64,000 nt of DNA from a bacterium (GTDB taxonomy: Bacteria > Patescibacteriota > Andersenbacteria > UBA10190). Below the pieces are notes generated by a model. That model was not told the origin of the DNA. It did no database searches and saw only the letters and a list, made by a program, of their open reading frames with translations. This document shows positions 35,258 through 44,575 of the stretch, in pieces; the stretch's first letter is position 1; the number at the start of each line of letters is the position of its first letter. The DNA lies in contig JAUYKA010000017.1 in assembly GCA_030698495.1 (NCBI GenBank), forward strand, positions 1,319 through 65,318, read 5' to 3'. Made by a program: the position numbers and the translations under genes.

Positions 35258-36253
35258 CTACGCCCCGCAGCTGCCGCCGGAACTGGGTAAGCTAACCGCG
35301 TTGCCGATCTCTTGCTTAATCGCCTGATAACCGGTGCCCGAACTGTATTGGTTAGATAAAAGCAGTTTAGGATCAATATCTGCCCAGGCTAAATCTTGTT
35401 TGGTGCGGAAATAATAATCCAAATCCATGTACGTCTGGGTAAACCAGTAAGAATTAAACGCCAGCGACGCCCGGTACATGTCCGCTTCCGACATCCCTTG
35501 GCTGGCCATCAACTCCAGCAACCCCAATATCGCCATACCATGATTGCAATCCGGAAAAGCCGTCGAATTGCCACAGCAAGGACGATAGATATTAGCACTC
35601 ACTTTCGCCACTAATTCCTGCTGCTGCGCTGTCAGGGGCACAATGTCCGCTGAACTAAACAACTCCACCGCCTCTTTTTTCCCCAGCGTCCAGCCCCCGG
35701 TAGAAGCAAAATTACCAATCTTATCTTTATACTGCGTACTCATAATCCCCTTAGACAAAACATCCGACTGCTGTGTAAGTCCCAGCGCCCACAACGTATT
35801 TACCCAAAAGTAGGCATTATCGCGCGTAATAGTGATGCCTTTTTGCTGCGGCGCGGTCAAATATGCCAACAGCTCCCGATATTGTTCATCGGTATAATTC
35901 TGTTTAAACTTTTCCAGATCAATCGCGCCGGATCTCACTAATTTTACTCCGGTATCACCCCAAATAATCGGTACCTCGTAACCTTCCACCGGCACTACCT
36001 CGTCTTGTAACTGGGCTGCCAAAACCGCGTCACCCGCCGCCGGTTTCTTTGCTTCGCCGTTTACCGTCTGATTGGCGATACGCGCCACGCTGCCACTCCG
36101 ACTCACCGGTTTACCCCAAAGTAGCCACCACGAGCCAATCACTATAAAAACCGCCCACCAGATTAACGCCGTCCGATTTATGCCCAACTTGTTCAACAGA
36201 GAAATCCGTACATTCCCTTTTTCCTCATCTGTTTTGTCCGTTGTCGTGTTCAT
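35258..36253 (-). CDS. Membrane-anchored hypothetical protein with a CC..CNH motif and C-terminal SC
   Basis: IYRPCCGNSTAFPDCNHGMA; GGSCGA. Confidence 0.75.
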   Translation of the reverse strand: MNTTTDKTDEEKGNVRISLLNKLGINRTALIWWAVFIVIGSWWLLWGKPVSRSGSVARIANQTVNGEAKKPAAGDAVLAAQLQDEVVPVEGYEVPIIWGDTGVKLVRSGAIDLEKFKQNYTDEQYRELLAYLTAPQQKGITITRDNAYFWVNTLWALGLTQQSDVLSKGIMSTQYKDKIGNFASTGGWTLGKKEAVELFSSADIVPLTAQQQELVAKVSANIYRPCCGNSTAFPDCNHGMAILGLLELMASQGMSEADMYRASLAFNSYWFTQTYMDLDYYFRTKQDLAWADIDPKLLLSNQYSSGTGYQAIKQEIGNAVSLPSSGGSCGA

Positions 36254-36260
36254 ATCGCTA

Positions 36261-36752
36261 TCACTCTACCACAGCTGCCAAAGAAAACGACAACTTCGGA
36301 TGTGCCGGATCATTGGTACTGACAATCACCTCGCGGCTCACCGGGCCAACCCCGCTGGGACCATGGAATGCCTGATCAAAAACCACTTTTAGCTGTGCCG
36401 CTTCACCCGGCGCCACCTCCGCCATGTAAGATGATTGCGAATGCATGCCAAACTCCGGCGACGCTTTCCCTCCGGCTATAACCTGCGCCGTCGTGCACAT
36501 ACATGAAGTCTGCACATCGTATAATTTTAACGGCGCCTCGCCCTCATTGTTAATCGTAAATGTTTTTTCCGCCTTGTCGCCGTTAATCGAAATATTTCCC
36601 CAATCATACTCCGTCTCCGTAACTTCCGCCTTAGCCGCCACGTTTACTTCCACTTCGGGCGAGCCTTTAGATTTAGCCGCCCACACCACGCCGCCACCAA
36701 CCAAAATAATTACCGCGGCAAAAATTATTATCAATAATTTATTATCGCTCAT
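36261..36752 (-). CDS. DUF1573 domain (Ig-like) protein
   Basis: YDWGNI..FTINNEG..L..VQTSCMCT; VSTNDP. Confidence 0.8.
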   Translation of the reverse strand: MSDNKLLIIIFAAVIILVGGGVVWAAKSKGSPEVEVNVAAKAEVTETEYDWGNISINGDKAEKTFTINNEGEAPLKLYDVQTSCMCTTAQVIAGGKASPEFGMHSQSSYMAEVAPGEAAQLKVVFDQAFHGPSGVGPVSREVIVSTNDPAHPKLSFSLAAVVE

Positions 36753-37248
36753 AAACCCTCTCCTGTTTATGGATAAATTTTAACGGTGATTTTTTAAATT
36801 TCTCCCAGCATCCGGAAGCGCAAAAAAAATATTCTTTTCCCTTGTGCCTATGAGCAAAACCGGCGATTTTCGGACTCAAACGCATACCGCATACCGGGTC
36901 TGCCACCAGCGGCACTAAATCAGACATCTTCCTGGTAAACTCGTCGGCCAGCGGATTATCTTTATAACGCTCGATTAACACCTCGCGCATCAAATCGCTG
37001 GCGCGGGTGAAATTCTTATTCGCCACCTTATAAAAAACCTGCTTACCTTCCCGGCGAGCAGCCACCACACTGGCCGCGCGCAGCACTTCCAGATGCTGGC
37101 TTAAATTAGCTTGCGGCAAATGCAGCATCAACTGCATGTCTCCCACCGACATTTCCCGTTCGCGCAGCATATTAACAATCTCGAGCCTTCTCGGATTAGC
37201 CAGCGCTTTTAACAGCTCGGCGTGTAATTTAAAAATCTCCTGATACAT
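36742..37248 (-). CDS. ArsR/SmtB metalloregulator fused to a YHS domain
   Basis: LKALANPRRLEI..QANLSQHL..RREGKQVFY; DPVCGM..YFFCASGC..F. Confidence 0.9.
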   Translation of the reverse strand: MYQEIFKLHAELLKALANPRRLEIVNMLREREMSVGDMQLMLHLPQANLSQHLEVLRAASVVAARREGKQVFYKVANKNFTRASDLMREVLIERYKDNPLADEFTRKMSDLVPLVADPVCGMRLSPKIAGFAHRHKGKEYFFCASGCWEKFKKSPLKFIHKQERVYER

Positions 37249-37310
37249 ATTCGTTATTTCGAATATATACCCGACTTATCCACATGTCAAATATTCGAGA
37301 TACAGAATAT
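37247..37310 (-). promoter_or_regulatory. Copper-operon promoter with two ArsR-type operators
   Basis: ATATTCG-N6-CGAATAT at 37247-37266 and ATATTCG-N6-AGAATAT at 37291-37310; minus-strand TTGACA (37285-37290)-17 nt-TATATT. Confidence 0.7.
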
Positions 37311-37359
37311 GACTTCAAACTAAATACAAAATACCAAATATAGGCTACTAAACATTAAT

Positions 37360-37782
37360 TTATCTTATACTCATCAAGATTGCGCCCGCCGTCAGCAATA
37401 CCGCTCCCGCCGCCGTCTGCCAAGTTAGTTTTTCCGCCAAAAAGACGATCGCGAATATCACCACAAACACCACACTCAACCGATCCAACGCCGCTACCCC
37501 CGAAGCGGGACCGTTTTTCAAGGCTACAAAATAAAACAGCCATGACATCGCCCCGGCCACACCCGACAAAGTAATGAACGTCAGCGCTTTGCTGTTTAGC
37601 GAAGATAACAGATGCGATTTTCCCAGCAACAAGGACACCGCCACTAAAAACCCGGCCATAATCACCGCTCGCACCGTTGTCGCCAAAGTTGAATCGATGT
37701 CTTTAATTCCCGCCTTGCCGAATATCGCCACCAGTGCCGCAAAAGCCGCGGACAAAAGCGCATAAATAATCCACGCGACCAT
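37360..37782 (-). CDS. EamA family transporter (half-size)
   Basis: ALLSAAFAALVAIFGK.G; SWLFYF.AL; LDRLSVV..LAE. Confidence 0.88.
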   Translation of the reverse strand: MVAWIIYALLSAAFAALVAIFGKAGIKDIDSTLATTVRAVIMAGFLVAVSLLLGKSHLLSSLNSKALTFITLSGVAGAMSWLFYFVALKNGPASGVAALDRLSVVFVVIFAIVFLAEKLTWQTAAGAVLLTAGAILMSIR

Positions 37783-37854
37783 AGCCTAAATATAGACCAT
37801 CAACTTAAAAAGAAAAAACATCTATCGAATAAAACTGACTGTAAACCATCGCTT

Positions 37855-37979
37855 AATGCCAAAATCCAAATTCCTAATGACAAACCAATAACAAATCTCA
37901 AATTACAAATATCAAAAACATTTTGGTATTTGGATTTTGGCATTGGTTTGAAATTTGGCATTTGGATTTTGAAAGTTGG
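37855..37979. repeat. Inverted AAATxxC/GxxATTT heptamer array
   Basis: aatgccaaaatccaaattcctaatgacaaacc...ttggtatttggattttggcattggtttgaaatttggcatttggattttg. Confidence 0.7.
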
Positions 37980-38048
37980 TGTGAATTTTCTGTTTTGTTC
38001 AATTAAATAACCCACACAAAATCACTATGACATGTTAAAATTGTGCTA

Positions 38049-39437
38049 ATGCCTCACCAAACCCTCCCGCTGGGACAAAAAAACCTGCCGCGACCCTTAT
38101 CATTGCGCCGCCTCATCGGCCCCAGCTTTATCATTCTCGGCCTGGGTCTTGGCAGCGGTGAAATTATTCTTTGGCCATATCTTACCAGCAACTACGGCCT
38201 CGGCATTGTCTGGGGCATTTTAGTCGGCATCACTATGCAGTTTTTTATCAACATGGAAGTCGAGCGCTACGCCTTGATTAACGGCGAAAGCATTTTCGTC
38301 GGCTTCGCCCGCCTGTTAAAGTTTCTTCCTTTCTGGTTTATTCTCTCCACCTTCTTCGGCTTCGGCTGGCCGGGCATCGGTTTGGCTGGCGCTCACTTAA
38401 TCGGCAACGCCGTCGGCGTAACTAATTACAACCTTGTCGGTATTATCCTCTTCATCGCCATCGGCCTCATCCTCACCCTCGGCAAAGTGCTCTATCAAAC
38501 CGTTGAACGTCTGGAAATAATTTTGATCGGCGTTGGCGTCCCTTTCATTCTAATACTAACCTGGTACTTGGCTGAATCCGCCGATTTCGCCGCCCTGGCC
38601 CAAGGGCTAATCGGCCGGGGAGAAGGTTTTCACTTCCTGCCGACCGGCATCATCCTGGGAACCTTTCTCGCCGCTCTGGCTTACTCCGGCGCGGGTGGCA
38701 ACTTAAACCTGTCCCAGTCCTTTTACGTCCGCGACAAAGGCTACGGCATGGGTAAATATGCCAATCGCATCACCAGTCTCTTCACCGACCGCGTCGATAG
38801 TAAAAAAATCAGCCTGACCGGCAATACTTTCCCCCTCACTAAAAATAACCTGGCTAACTACCGACGCTGGTGGCGCGTTATCAATCTGGAACATTTTCTT
38901 GTCTTCTGGTGCCTGGGACTTATCACCATGCTCACCCTTTCGTTACTTGCCTACATCACCGTCCACGGCCTGACCGGCAATACCGAAAGCATAAATTTCG
39001 TCATCAATGAAGCCGCCGTTATCGGCCAAAAAACACTGCCGCTTATCGGCGTACTCTTTCTCGTCCTCACCGGCATTATGCTTACCGCCACTCAACTTTC
39101 GGTACTGGATTCCACCAGCCGCATCATCACGGAAAATATTTTACTTGCTTCAAATAAGTTAGTTACTAACGTACCGCGCGTATATTATTGGGTATTGTGG
39201 GTACAAATAATTTTCGGCATCGCCGTCTTCACTATCGGCTTCGACGAACCCCGTGTCCTCATCATCTTGAGCGCCATCATCAACGCCGGCACTATGTTTG
39301 TTTACACCGGCCTCCTGCTCTGGCTTAACAACTCGCTGCTTAAAAAACCGCTCCGCCCCCGATTCTGGCGCAACACCGCCCTGGTCGCCACTTTTCTTTT
39401 CTTCGGCGTTTTAGTTTCTATGGTTTTATTTCGCTAA
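38049..39437 (+). CDS. Nramp-superfamily (APC-fold) transporter
   Basis: IGPSFIILGLGLGSGEIILWP; ERYALINGES; about 11 TM segments. Confidence 0.75.
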   Translation: MPHQTLPLGQKNLPRPLSLRRLIGPSFIILGLGLGSGEIILWPYLTSNYGLGIVWGILVGITMQFFINMEVERYALINGESIFVGFARLLKFLPFWFILSTFFGFGWPGIGLAGAHLIGNAVGVTNYNLVGIILFIAIGLILTLGKVLYQTVERLEIILIGVGVPFILILTWYLAESADFAALAQGLIGRGEGFHFLPTGIILGTFLAALAYSGAGGNLNLSQSFYVRDKGYGMGKYANRITSLFTDRVDSKKISLTGNTFPLTKNNLANYRRWWRVINLEHFLVFWCLGLITMLTLSLLAYITVHGLTGNTESINFVINEAAVIGQKTLPLIGVLFLVLTGIMLTATQLSVLDSTSRIITENILLASNKLVTNVPRVYYWVLWVQIIFGIAVFTIGFDEPRVLIILSAIINAGTMFVYTGLLLWLNNSLLKKPLRPRFWRNTALVATFLFFGVLVSMVLFR

Positions 39438-39610
39438 CCCCGCTCTCGCGCCAGCCCGTGCGGTAAAAAAGTGATCACCGAATCTCCAAAAACATTTCGC
39501 CTCCTCGCCATCGTTTTACCCTCCCTACTGATTTTCATCGCACCCAGCCATGACAATTTTAAATTTTTAATCAAATCTCAATTTCTTAATTCTCTAATTA
39601 TTTTTGTTCA

Positions 39611-40312
39611 TTAAAAATTCGGATGCTCCGCCGCCCATCCTTCCAGCCACGTCTTTTGCATCTCGCTAATCCCGCCCTGAAATGCTCTTGATTCTTCGAT
39701 TGCTTTATCCAACGGCCACCCTTGCACCGCGTACCGGTACAGCGCCACCATTGTACCTGCCCGCCCGATGCCGCCCCGGCAATGCACATGCACCGGTTGG
39801 TTAGCCGCGTCAGTCACAAAAGTTAAAAACTGCTCAGCCTGCTCATCCGTCGGCGGATGTCCGTCAATAATCGGCAGCGCCAAATAATTAAAACCCAGCG
39901 CGTCAAACCCCGGTAATTTCCTATCATCGCCTACCTCGTCCCGCTCACCGTCAACCCGCAAATCCACCACGCCCCGCCAGCCCTGCTGCCTCAACCATTC
40001 AAACTCGCCAATCAATGGTTGCCCCGAACGAGACAACACTCCCGGAACCGGCATGGCGAACGACCAGAATCCGTAAGCGACAGGCGCGTCCTCCGGAATC
40101 CCTTCTCGCGGTCCGACAAACTTTATCTCCGGCGCTAAAGTTACTGTCGGCGCATCCGCCAAATTACCAATCGGCAGAATCCCGGATTTGCTCGGTTCAT
40201 TTAAGCTACTTTCAATATCGGTCGGCGCTTCCGCCCGCTCAATCAAAAACAATCCAGCCGCCAGTAGCACAACCACCACCGCTACAGTCACATATATCTT
40301 TTGTCCTTTCAT
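39611..40312 (-). CDS. Membrane-anchored Cys-based (tyrosine/dual-specificity) phosphatase
   Basis: VHCRGGIGRAG (CX5R); N-terminal TM. Confidence 0.88.
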   Translation of the reverse strand: MKGQKIYVTVAVVVVLLAAGLFLIERAEAPTDIESSLNEPSKSGILPIGNLADAPTVTLAPEIKFVGPREGIPEDAPVAYGFWSFAMPVPGVLSRSGQPLIGEFEWLRQQGWRGVVDLRVDGERDEVGDDRKLPGFDALGFNYLALPIIDGHPPTDEQAEQFLTFVTDAANQPVHVHCRGGIGRAGTMVALYRYAVQGWPLDKAIEESRAFQGGISEMQKTWLEGWAAEHPNF

Positions 40313-40369
40313 ATATTTTTCACTCTACCGTTTCCGTTGATTTTTACCAGTAATAATTCCGTTGTCCGC

Positions 40370-40453
40370 CGTCATTCCAGACCCAGATCCGGAATCCACG
40401 ACAGTGGCGCCGTCATTCCGGAATTTTGCCTTTGGCGAAATATCCGGAATCCA
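40370..40453. repeat. Two tandem REP-like palindromes
   Basis: cgtcattccagacccagatccggaatcca and cgtcattccggaattttgcctttggcgaaatatccggaatcca. Confidence 0.75.
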
Positions 40454-40601
40454 CCCAACTTGACTAATCCATCTAACTGTGATATACTTAATATATATAG
40501 TTCCCTCGCAAAACAGCTAAGGCCAAACGGCTATACAAAGGAGAAAAATCGCCCCCGTCGTCAACCCCAAAAACGACTCAAGCCTGGCGTGAGCCGTTTT
40601 T

Positions 40602-41321
40602 TTAACCCTTACTATTCCCCATCAAGCCATTCTCTCTGAAGCTGAACAGTTGCGTTTTACTTATCACCACGTGATCCAATAATTGAATCCCCATCAGTTT
40701 CCCTGCTTCGGATATTTGCTTCGTCACCGCCAAGTCCGCCTCACTCGGATTAGGATCGCCGGAAGGATGATTGTGGCACACGGCAATGGAGGCGGCGTGA
40801 CGACGAATGGCCGCGTTAAATGTTTCCCGTTGATGCACCAAATTCGCGTTTAACGTTCCAACGCCGATTAAATCAACTCCCAGTATCCGGTTGCGGTTAT
40901 CAAACGACACCACAAAAAAATGCTCCTTCTGCCAGTCACGGATAAACGGTTTTACCAGCCGGGCAATATCTCTCGGCGCCGCCACCGCTTTCGATTTATT
41001 TCTTTTGGTTTCGCCGGCTGTTTCCTCCCGAATCACTCGTCGCGCTATTTCCAGACACGCTTTTAGCTGCAGCGCTTTCGCCTGCCCCAAACCCGGCACC
41101 TTTTGTAATTCTTCCAGAGAAGCCGACACCACCCCCTCCAGCGATCCAAAGCGACTTAACAAATCCTGCGCTATCTGCATCACCGACAGCCCGGCCATAC
41201 CACGCCCCAGCACCACTGCGATTAGTTCCTGCGCCGACACGCTACGCGCACCATACTTCATTAGACGTTCCCGCGGCCGCTCCTCGACCGGCATATCCCG
41301 AACCGTAAAATTTTGATTCAT
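40602..41321 (-). CDS. radC: RadC family JAB-domain protein
   Basis: ERPRERL; HhH GLGQAKA; HNHPSGDPNPSEAD; LLDHVVI. Confidence 0.93.
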   Translation of the reverse strand: MNQNFTVRDMPVEERPRERLMKYGARSVSAQELIAVVLGRGMAGLSVMQIAQDLLSRFGSLEGVVSASLEELQKVPGLGQAKALQLKACLEIARRVIREETAGETKRNKSKAVAAPRDIARLVKPFIRDWQKEHFFVVSFDNRNRILGVDLIGVGTLNANLVHQRETFNAAIRRHAASIAVCHNHPSGDPNPSEADLAVTKQISEAGKLMGIQLLDHVVISKTQLFSFRENGLMGNSKG

Positions 41322-41326
41322 ATTTT

Positions 41327-42412
41327 TTACAGCGCCTGCTGATCAATGGCTATCGTGGTCGCAAATCCTAATTCTTTATATTCCTTAACCACCTCGCCCG
41401 TTTGCGGCACAACTTCTACTACCCGGCCACGACCGGATTCCGCGATTAATACGTTGCCGTTACCCAGCTTCAGCGCTTCTGTCGGATAGTGAATCGCCGA
41501 CTCGTCGCTTAGACTATTCAACGTCCACAAAATCTGCCCCGCTTTGTTCACTTCAAACACTTCTCCTTTTTGCCTGTCCTCCATCACAAACGTATCCTCT
41601 GCCGTCGGCCACACATGTTGCAGCCACTTAGCATCAGGCTTAGCCCACTCCCATACGATATTCTTCGTTGCCCTATCCACAATCATAATTTTCTTCTCCA
41701 GCGTGTCGGTAATAATAAACTGCTGGTCACCTTTATACGGCATAACCATCGTGTTACCGCGTAGCAATCCCGGCGCACTACCCATCCGCCGTGTCTCGCC
41801 ATACTGCCACACCACGTCATTTGTGTTTTGATCCACGATTATCACCCGGCGGTTGTTGCCGTCGTTAATTATCACTTCATGATCGTTTATCTTGTAAGCT
41901 TTATCCGGCTGATGCAGATAGCCTTGGCCGTAACCCTGAATATCTTTCACGCCGTACTGCCACACCAACTCGTGCGTCTGCCGATTAATTTCTTGCACCA
42001 TCATTCCCTCGCCGTCCGATACAATCAAGTTTCCATTCGGCGCTATTGTCACATACTCCGCTGCCGTATCAAAACTCACGACCGGCATCGGCGCCGCCGC
42101 CATCTGCTGCTGCCAAACTATTTCTCCCGACTTATCCAACGCACCAATTCTATTACCCTTAAAATCGGAAAACCACAGCAGCGTAAAACCCTGCGGCACT
42201 ACCGCCTCACCGGACTGCGGCAGTAATCCGGCCAGTCCGCCCCTGCAGCCTCCTTCCGGCCTGGCATCCGCCGGATGCCCGTGCGCCACCCACTGTCCAT
42301 CCACACATATCCAGTCATCTTCACCGACGCCAACTACAAATCGCAAAAATAAAGCTCCCGCCCCAACAATAACAATTGCCAGCCCTCCCGCTAAGATAAC
42401 TCTCTTTCGCAT
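41327..42412 (-). CDS. Exported beta-propeller protein
   Basis: Signal/TM; EDDWICVDGQWVAHGHP motif; repeated I.D..N.RV..V....VW.Y blades. Confidence 0.75.
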   Translation of the reverse strand: MRKRVILAGGLAIVIVGAGALFLRFVVGVGEDDWICVDGQWVAHGHPADARPEGGCRGGLAGLLPQSGEAVVPQGFTLLWFSDFKGNRIGALDKSGEIVWQQQMAAAPMPVVSFDTAAEYVTIAPNGNLIVSDGEGMMVQEINRQTHELVWQYGVKDIQGYGQGYLHQPDKAYKINDHEVIINDGNNRRVIIVDQNTNDVVWQYGETRRMGSAPGLLRGNTMVMPYKGDQQFIITDTLEKKIMIVDRATKNIVWEWAKPDAKWLQHVWPTAEDTFVMEDRQKGEVFEVNKAGQILWTLNSLSDESAIHYPTEALKLGNGNVLIAESGRGRVVEVVPQTGEVVKEYKELGFATTIAIDQQAL

Positions 42413-42484
42413 ATTACTAGTATTTTGGCATGAAAAAACGGGCGCCGCCATAGCGAGTACACCCGTCAATTTTATCTGTACCAC

Positions 42485-42922
42485 CTACGAGATGGTACAG
42501 ATTTGCTCAACTTCTACTTCCTCAACTGCAAAGGATGGCCAATCCATGACGTACGTCTTCACCTGCAATTGCGGATATTTCTCCAATACGATTTGCTTGG
42601 CACACGCCAGCTCACCTTTATGAAACTCCTTCTCCGCTTCCTTATCGGCATGCTTACCCGATCCGCCGTAAGCGCCACAATCGATGTGGTCGATGATATG
42701 TAGCGTTGTTGCTCCATGCAGGTTTATCGCAATGCCAATATCATCCAAGATAGTCTCTCGCGACATGGCTTTAATGATCGACTGCGCCGCACCAGCCTTG
42801 CCCAAAAGATCAGCTTCACCAAGGTGTTCGTCAATCCATTGAGCCACCGCTTTCCGCAAGCGATAGTCCATGCAACACAAAACTACGTTATCCGTACCGT
42901 GGTGTTCCTGACCGCTGTCCAT
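42485..42922 (-). CDS. Putative beta-type carbonic anhydrase
   Basis: CMDYR and HIDCGAY Zn ligands; GAAGGAG RBS before MDSGQ. Confidence 0.8.
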   Translation of the reverse strand: MDSGQEHHGTDNVVLCCMDYRLRKAVAQWIDEHLGEADLLGKAGAAQSIIKAMSRETILDDIGIAINLHGATTLHIIDHIDCGAYGGSGKHADKEAEKEFHKGELACAKQIVLEKYPQLQVKTYVMDWPSFAVEEVEVEQICTIS

Positions 42923-43158
42923 CAAAAGATCTCCTTCAAGCTTAAGACTAAAGAACCAACTTCCGTTATTTTGATACAATTGCACAATCAAGCAACCTTC
43001 GTCAACTTCTCCCCCCTCTTGGATATGTTTAGAACTCTTGATTAAGTGAAAATCAAAAAACAGTTGTATGATTTGGCTCTTCTTAAACAAACCAAATTAA
43101 AAACGCCACACTATGATTCGCGTGGCGTTACTTGTTGATCTGCTTATCAACTACCGCT

Positions 43159-43680
43159 CTAAAAAAGCGGCAACAGACCCCGGGGAGTACGAATACCAAA
43201 CTTTTGCTTAGTGTCCTCCTTCCTATTCCAACGACGGATAGTTACAGCTCTAAAGCGCAAGGCTATACGCAGCATTTCCTCGCGACTCGGAACCCTGCCC
43301 GACGTAACGAACCAGACTACGCGTCTCAACGAGGCTTCCAGAAGAATAAAATCACGCTGGCTGATTGGGATAGTGGTGTTGGGATTCGGTTCAGGATCGT
43401 AATCGGCCCCATCGCAAACTGTCCCCCAATTAAACTCTGTATCTGAACCATCTTCGCCACGCACAACCACAATAGCATTGTGTTTGGCGAAGAGCTCAAG
43501 ATTATCCAGAGCATCCCAAAACTTACCCACGGCGTTTGAGATTACACAAGCAACAGCTGAATCGGCATCAAGACCTCTCTCTACTCTAACTTGGTGTTCG
43601 TATTCCATTAGATAGCGCAATGCCAACGAGTCTTTGTCATTCAAGTAAACCGAAACACTCTCTGGGCGACCCATATCCAT
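43159..43680 (-). CDS. Hypothetical protein
   Basis: Open frame with GGGG RBS; no family recognised. Confidence 0.5.
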   Translation of the reverse strand: MDMGRPESVSVYLNDKDSLALRYLMEYEHQVRVERGLDADSAVACVISNAVGKFWDALDNLELFAKHNAIVVVRGEDGSDTEFNWGTVCDGADYDPEPNPNTTIPISQRDFILLEASLRRVVWFVTSGRVPSREEMLRIALRFRAVTIRRWNRKEDTKQKFGIRTPRGLLPLF

Positions 43681-43876
43681 ACCCCCTATAAAAAGAACTG
43701 CTCTTTGTGCAACCGACCTATTATAGTTATCAAACGACCCCAAAAAGTAAAGGTATCGATCTCTTTCACCTCAAATGCGACACCATTTAAAATCAACACC
43801 CGCCGTTTGTTAGGTTTCGTTCCCCCACTCCCGTCCGCCCCCCCCTAGATCGCGTGACCGTGTCCTGCTTAATAAA

Positions 43877-44095
43877 AGCCCTCTCATTTTTTTCGATAAT
43901 TTGACTCTATTTAATCTATTAGCAAATACTCCCGCGGCGGGTGGCGCGGTAGGGGGCGCCCCGCGCCGAATGGAATTCCGAGAGGCTCATTTTGCCAAAG
44001 GCAAAATGAGGAAGCGGAACTGGATATTCGGCGTGGGGGAATCTACCGCGACAGGACCCGCCGGAGGTAAATTTCTGTTAAAAAATGAGAGGGCT
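43877..44095. other. ~220-nt rod-like inverted-repeat element flanked by a direct repeat, upstream of the atp operon
   Basis: agccctctcatttttt/aaaaaatgagagggct closing stem; cggcgggt/acccgccg, cgcggtag/ctaccgcg, ccccgcgccgaat/attcggcgtgggg, ttccg/cggaa, ctcattttgcc/ggcaaaatgag. Direct repeat ccgtccgc..ccctagatcgcgt at 43831-43855 and 44100-44122. Confidence 0.7.
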
Positions 44096-44257
44096 CCCCC
44101 CGTCCGCTCCCCTAGATCGCGTAGCTGAATCTACTAGCCCGGAAACTCTATTGCTGTTCTTTCCGGCGGTCGCCGGAAAGTAACAGCTAATAGAGTTTCC
44201 TTTATGCTTGAAGTTATCAGCTACCACATATCGCTTAAATGTCAATTGCCCCTCCTC

Positions 44258-44285
44258 TTGACAAAAAGCCGCGCACACGTACTAT
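44258..44285 (+). promoter_or_regulatory. Putative atp operon promoter
   Basis: TTGACA-16 nt-TACTAT. Confidence 0.4.
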
Positions 44286-44323
44286 ATTGCCAACCTCCTC
44301 ATCTCGAGGAGTTTTTTCAAAAT

Positions 44324-44575
44324 ATGGACCCTAAAATATCAAATCCAAACAATAATAAAGACACTAATAACCACCAACTCTTGAACGTCTGGTCCATGGC
44401 GGGAGAAATCGGACTTTTAATCGCCGTTCCTGTTGTTGTTTTGGTCCTGCTCGGCATCAAACTTGATAAACTATTCAGCACCACCCCTCTCTTCATTATT
44501 ATCGGAATAATCTTAGCCGCCATTATTTCCATTATCGGCGTGACCCGAAAAATTAAAAAAATAAACCTATTATGA
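44324..44575 (+). CDS. AtpZ/AtpI family protein
   Basis: EIGLLIAVP..LGIKLDK.FST.PLF; first gene of the atp operon. Confidence 0.8.
   Translation: MDPKISNPNNNKDTNNHQLLNVWSMAGEIGLLIAVPVVVLVLLGIKLDKLFSTTPLFIIIGIILAAIISIIGVTRKIKKINLL

Noticed and set aside
37800-38015. 71-aa ORF
   Set aside because: It is a translation of the inverted heptamer array, with a non-ATG start and no RBS.
40602-41321. RadC as a marker of a mobile or anti-restriction island
   Set aside because: It is the full-length chromosomal type with the N-terminal HhH, and no mobile genes are adjacent.
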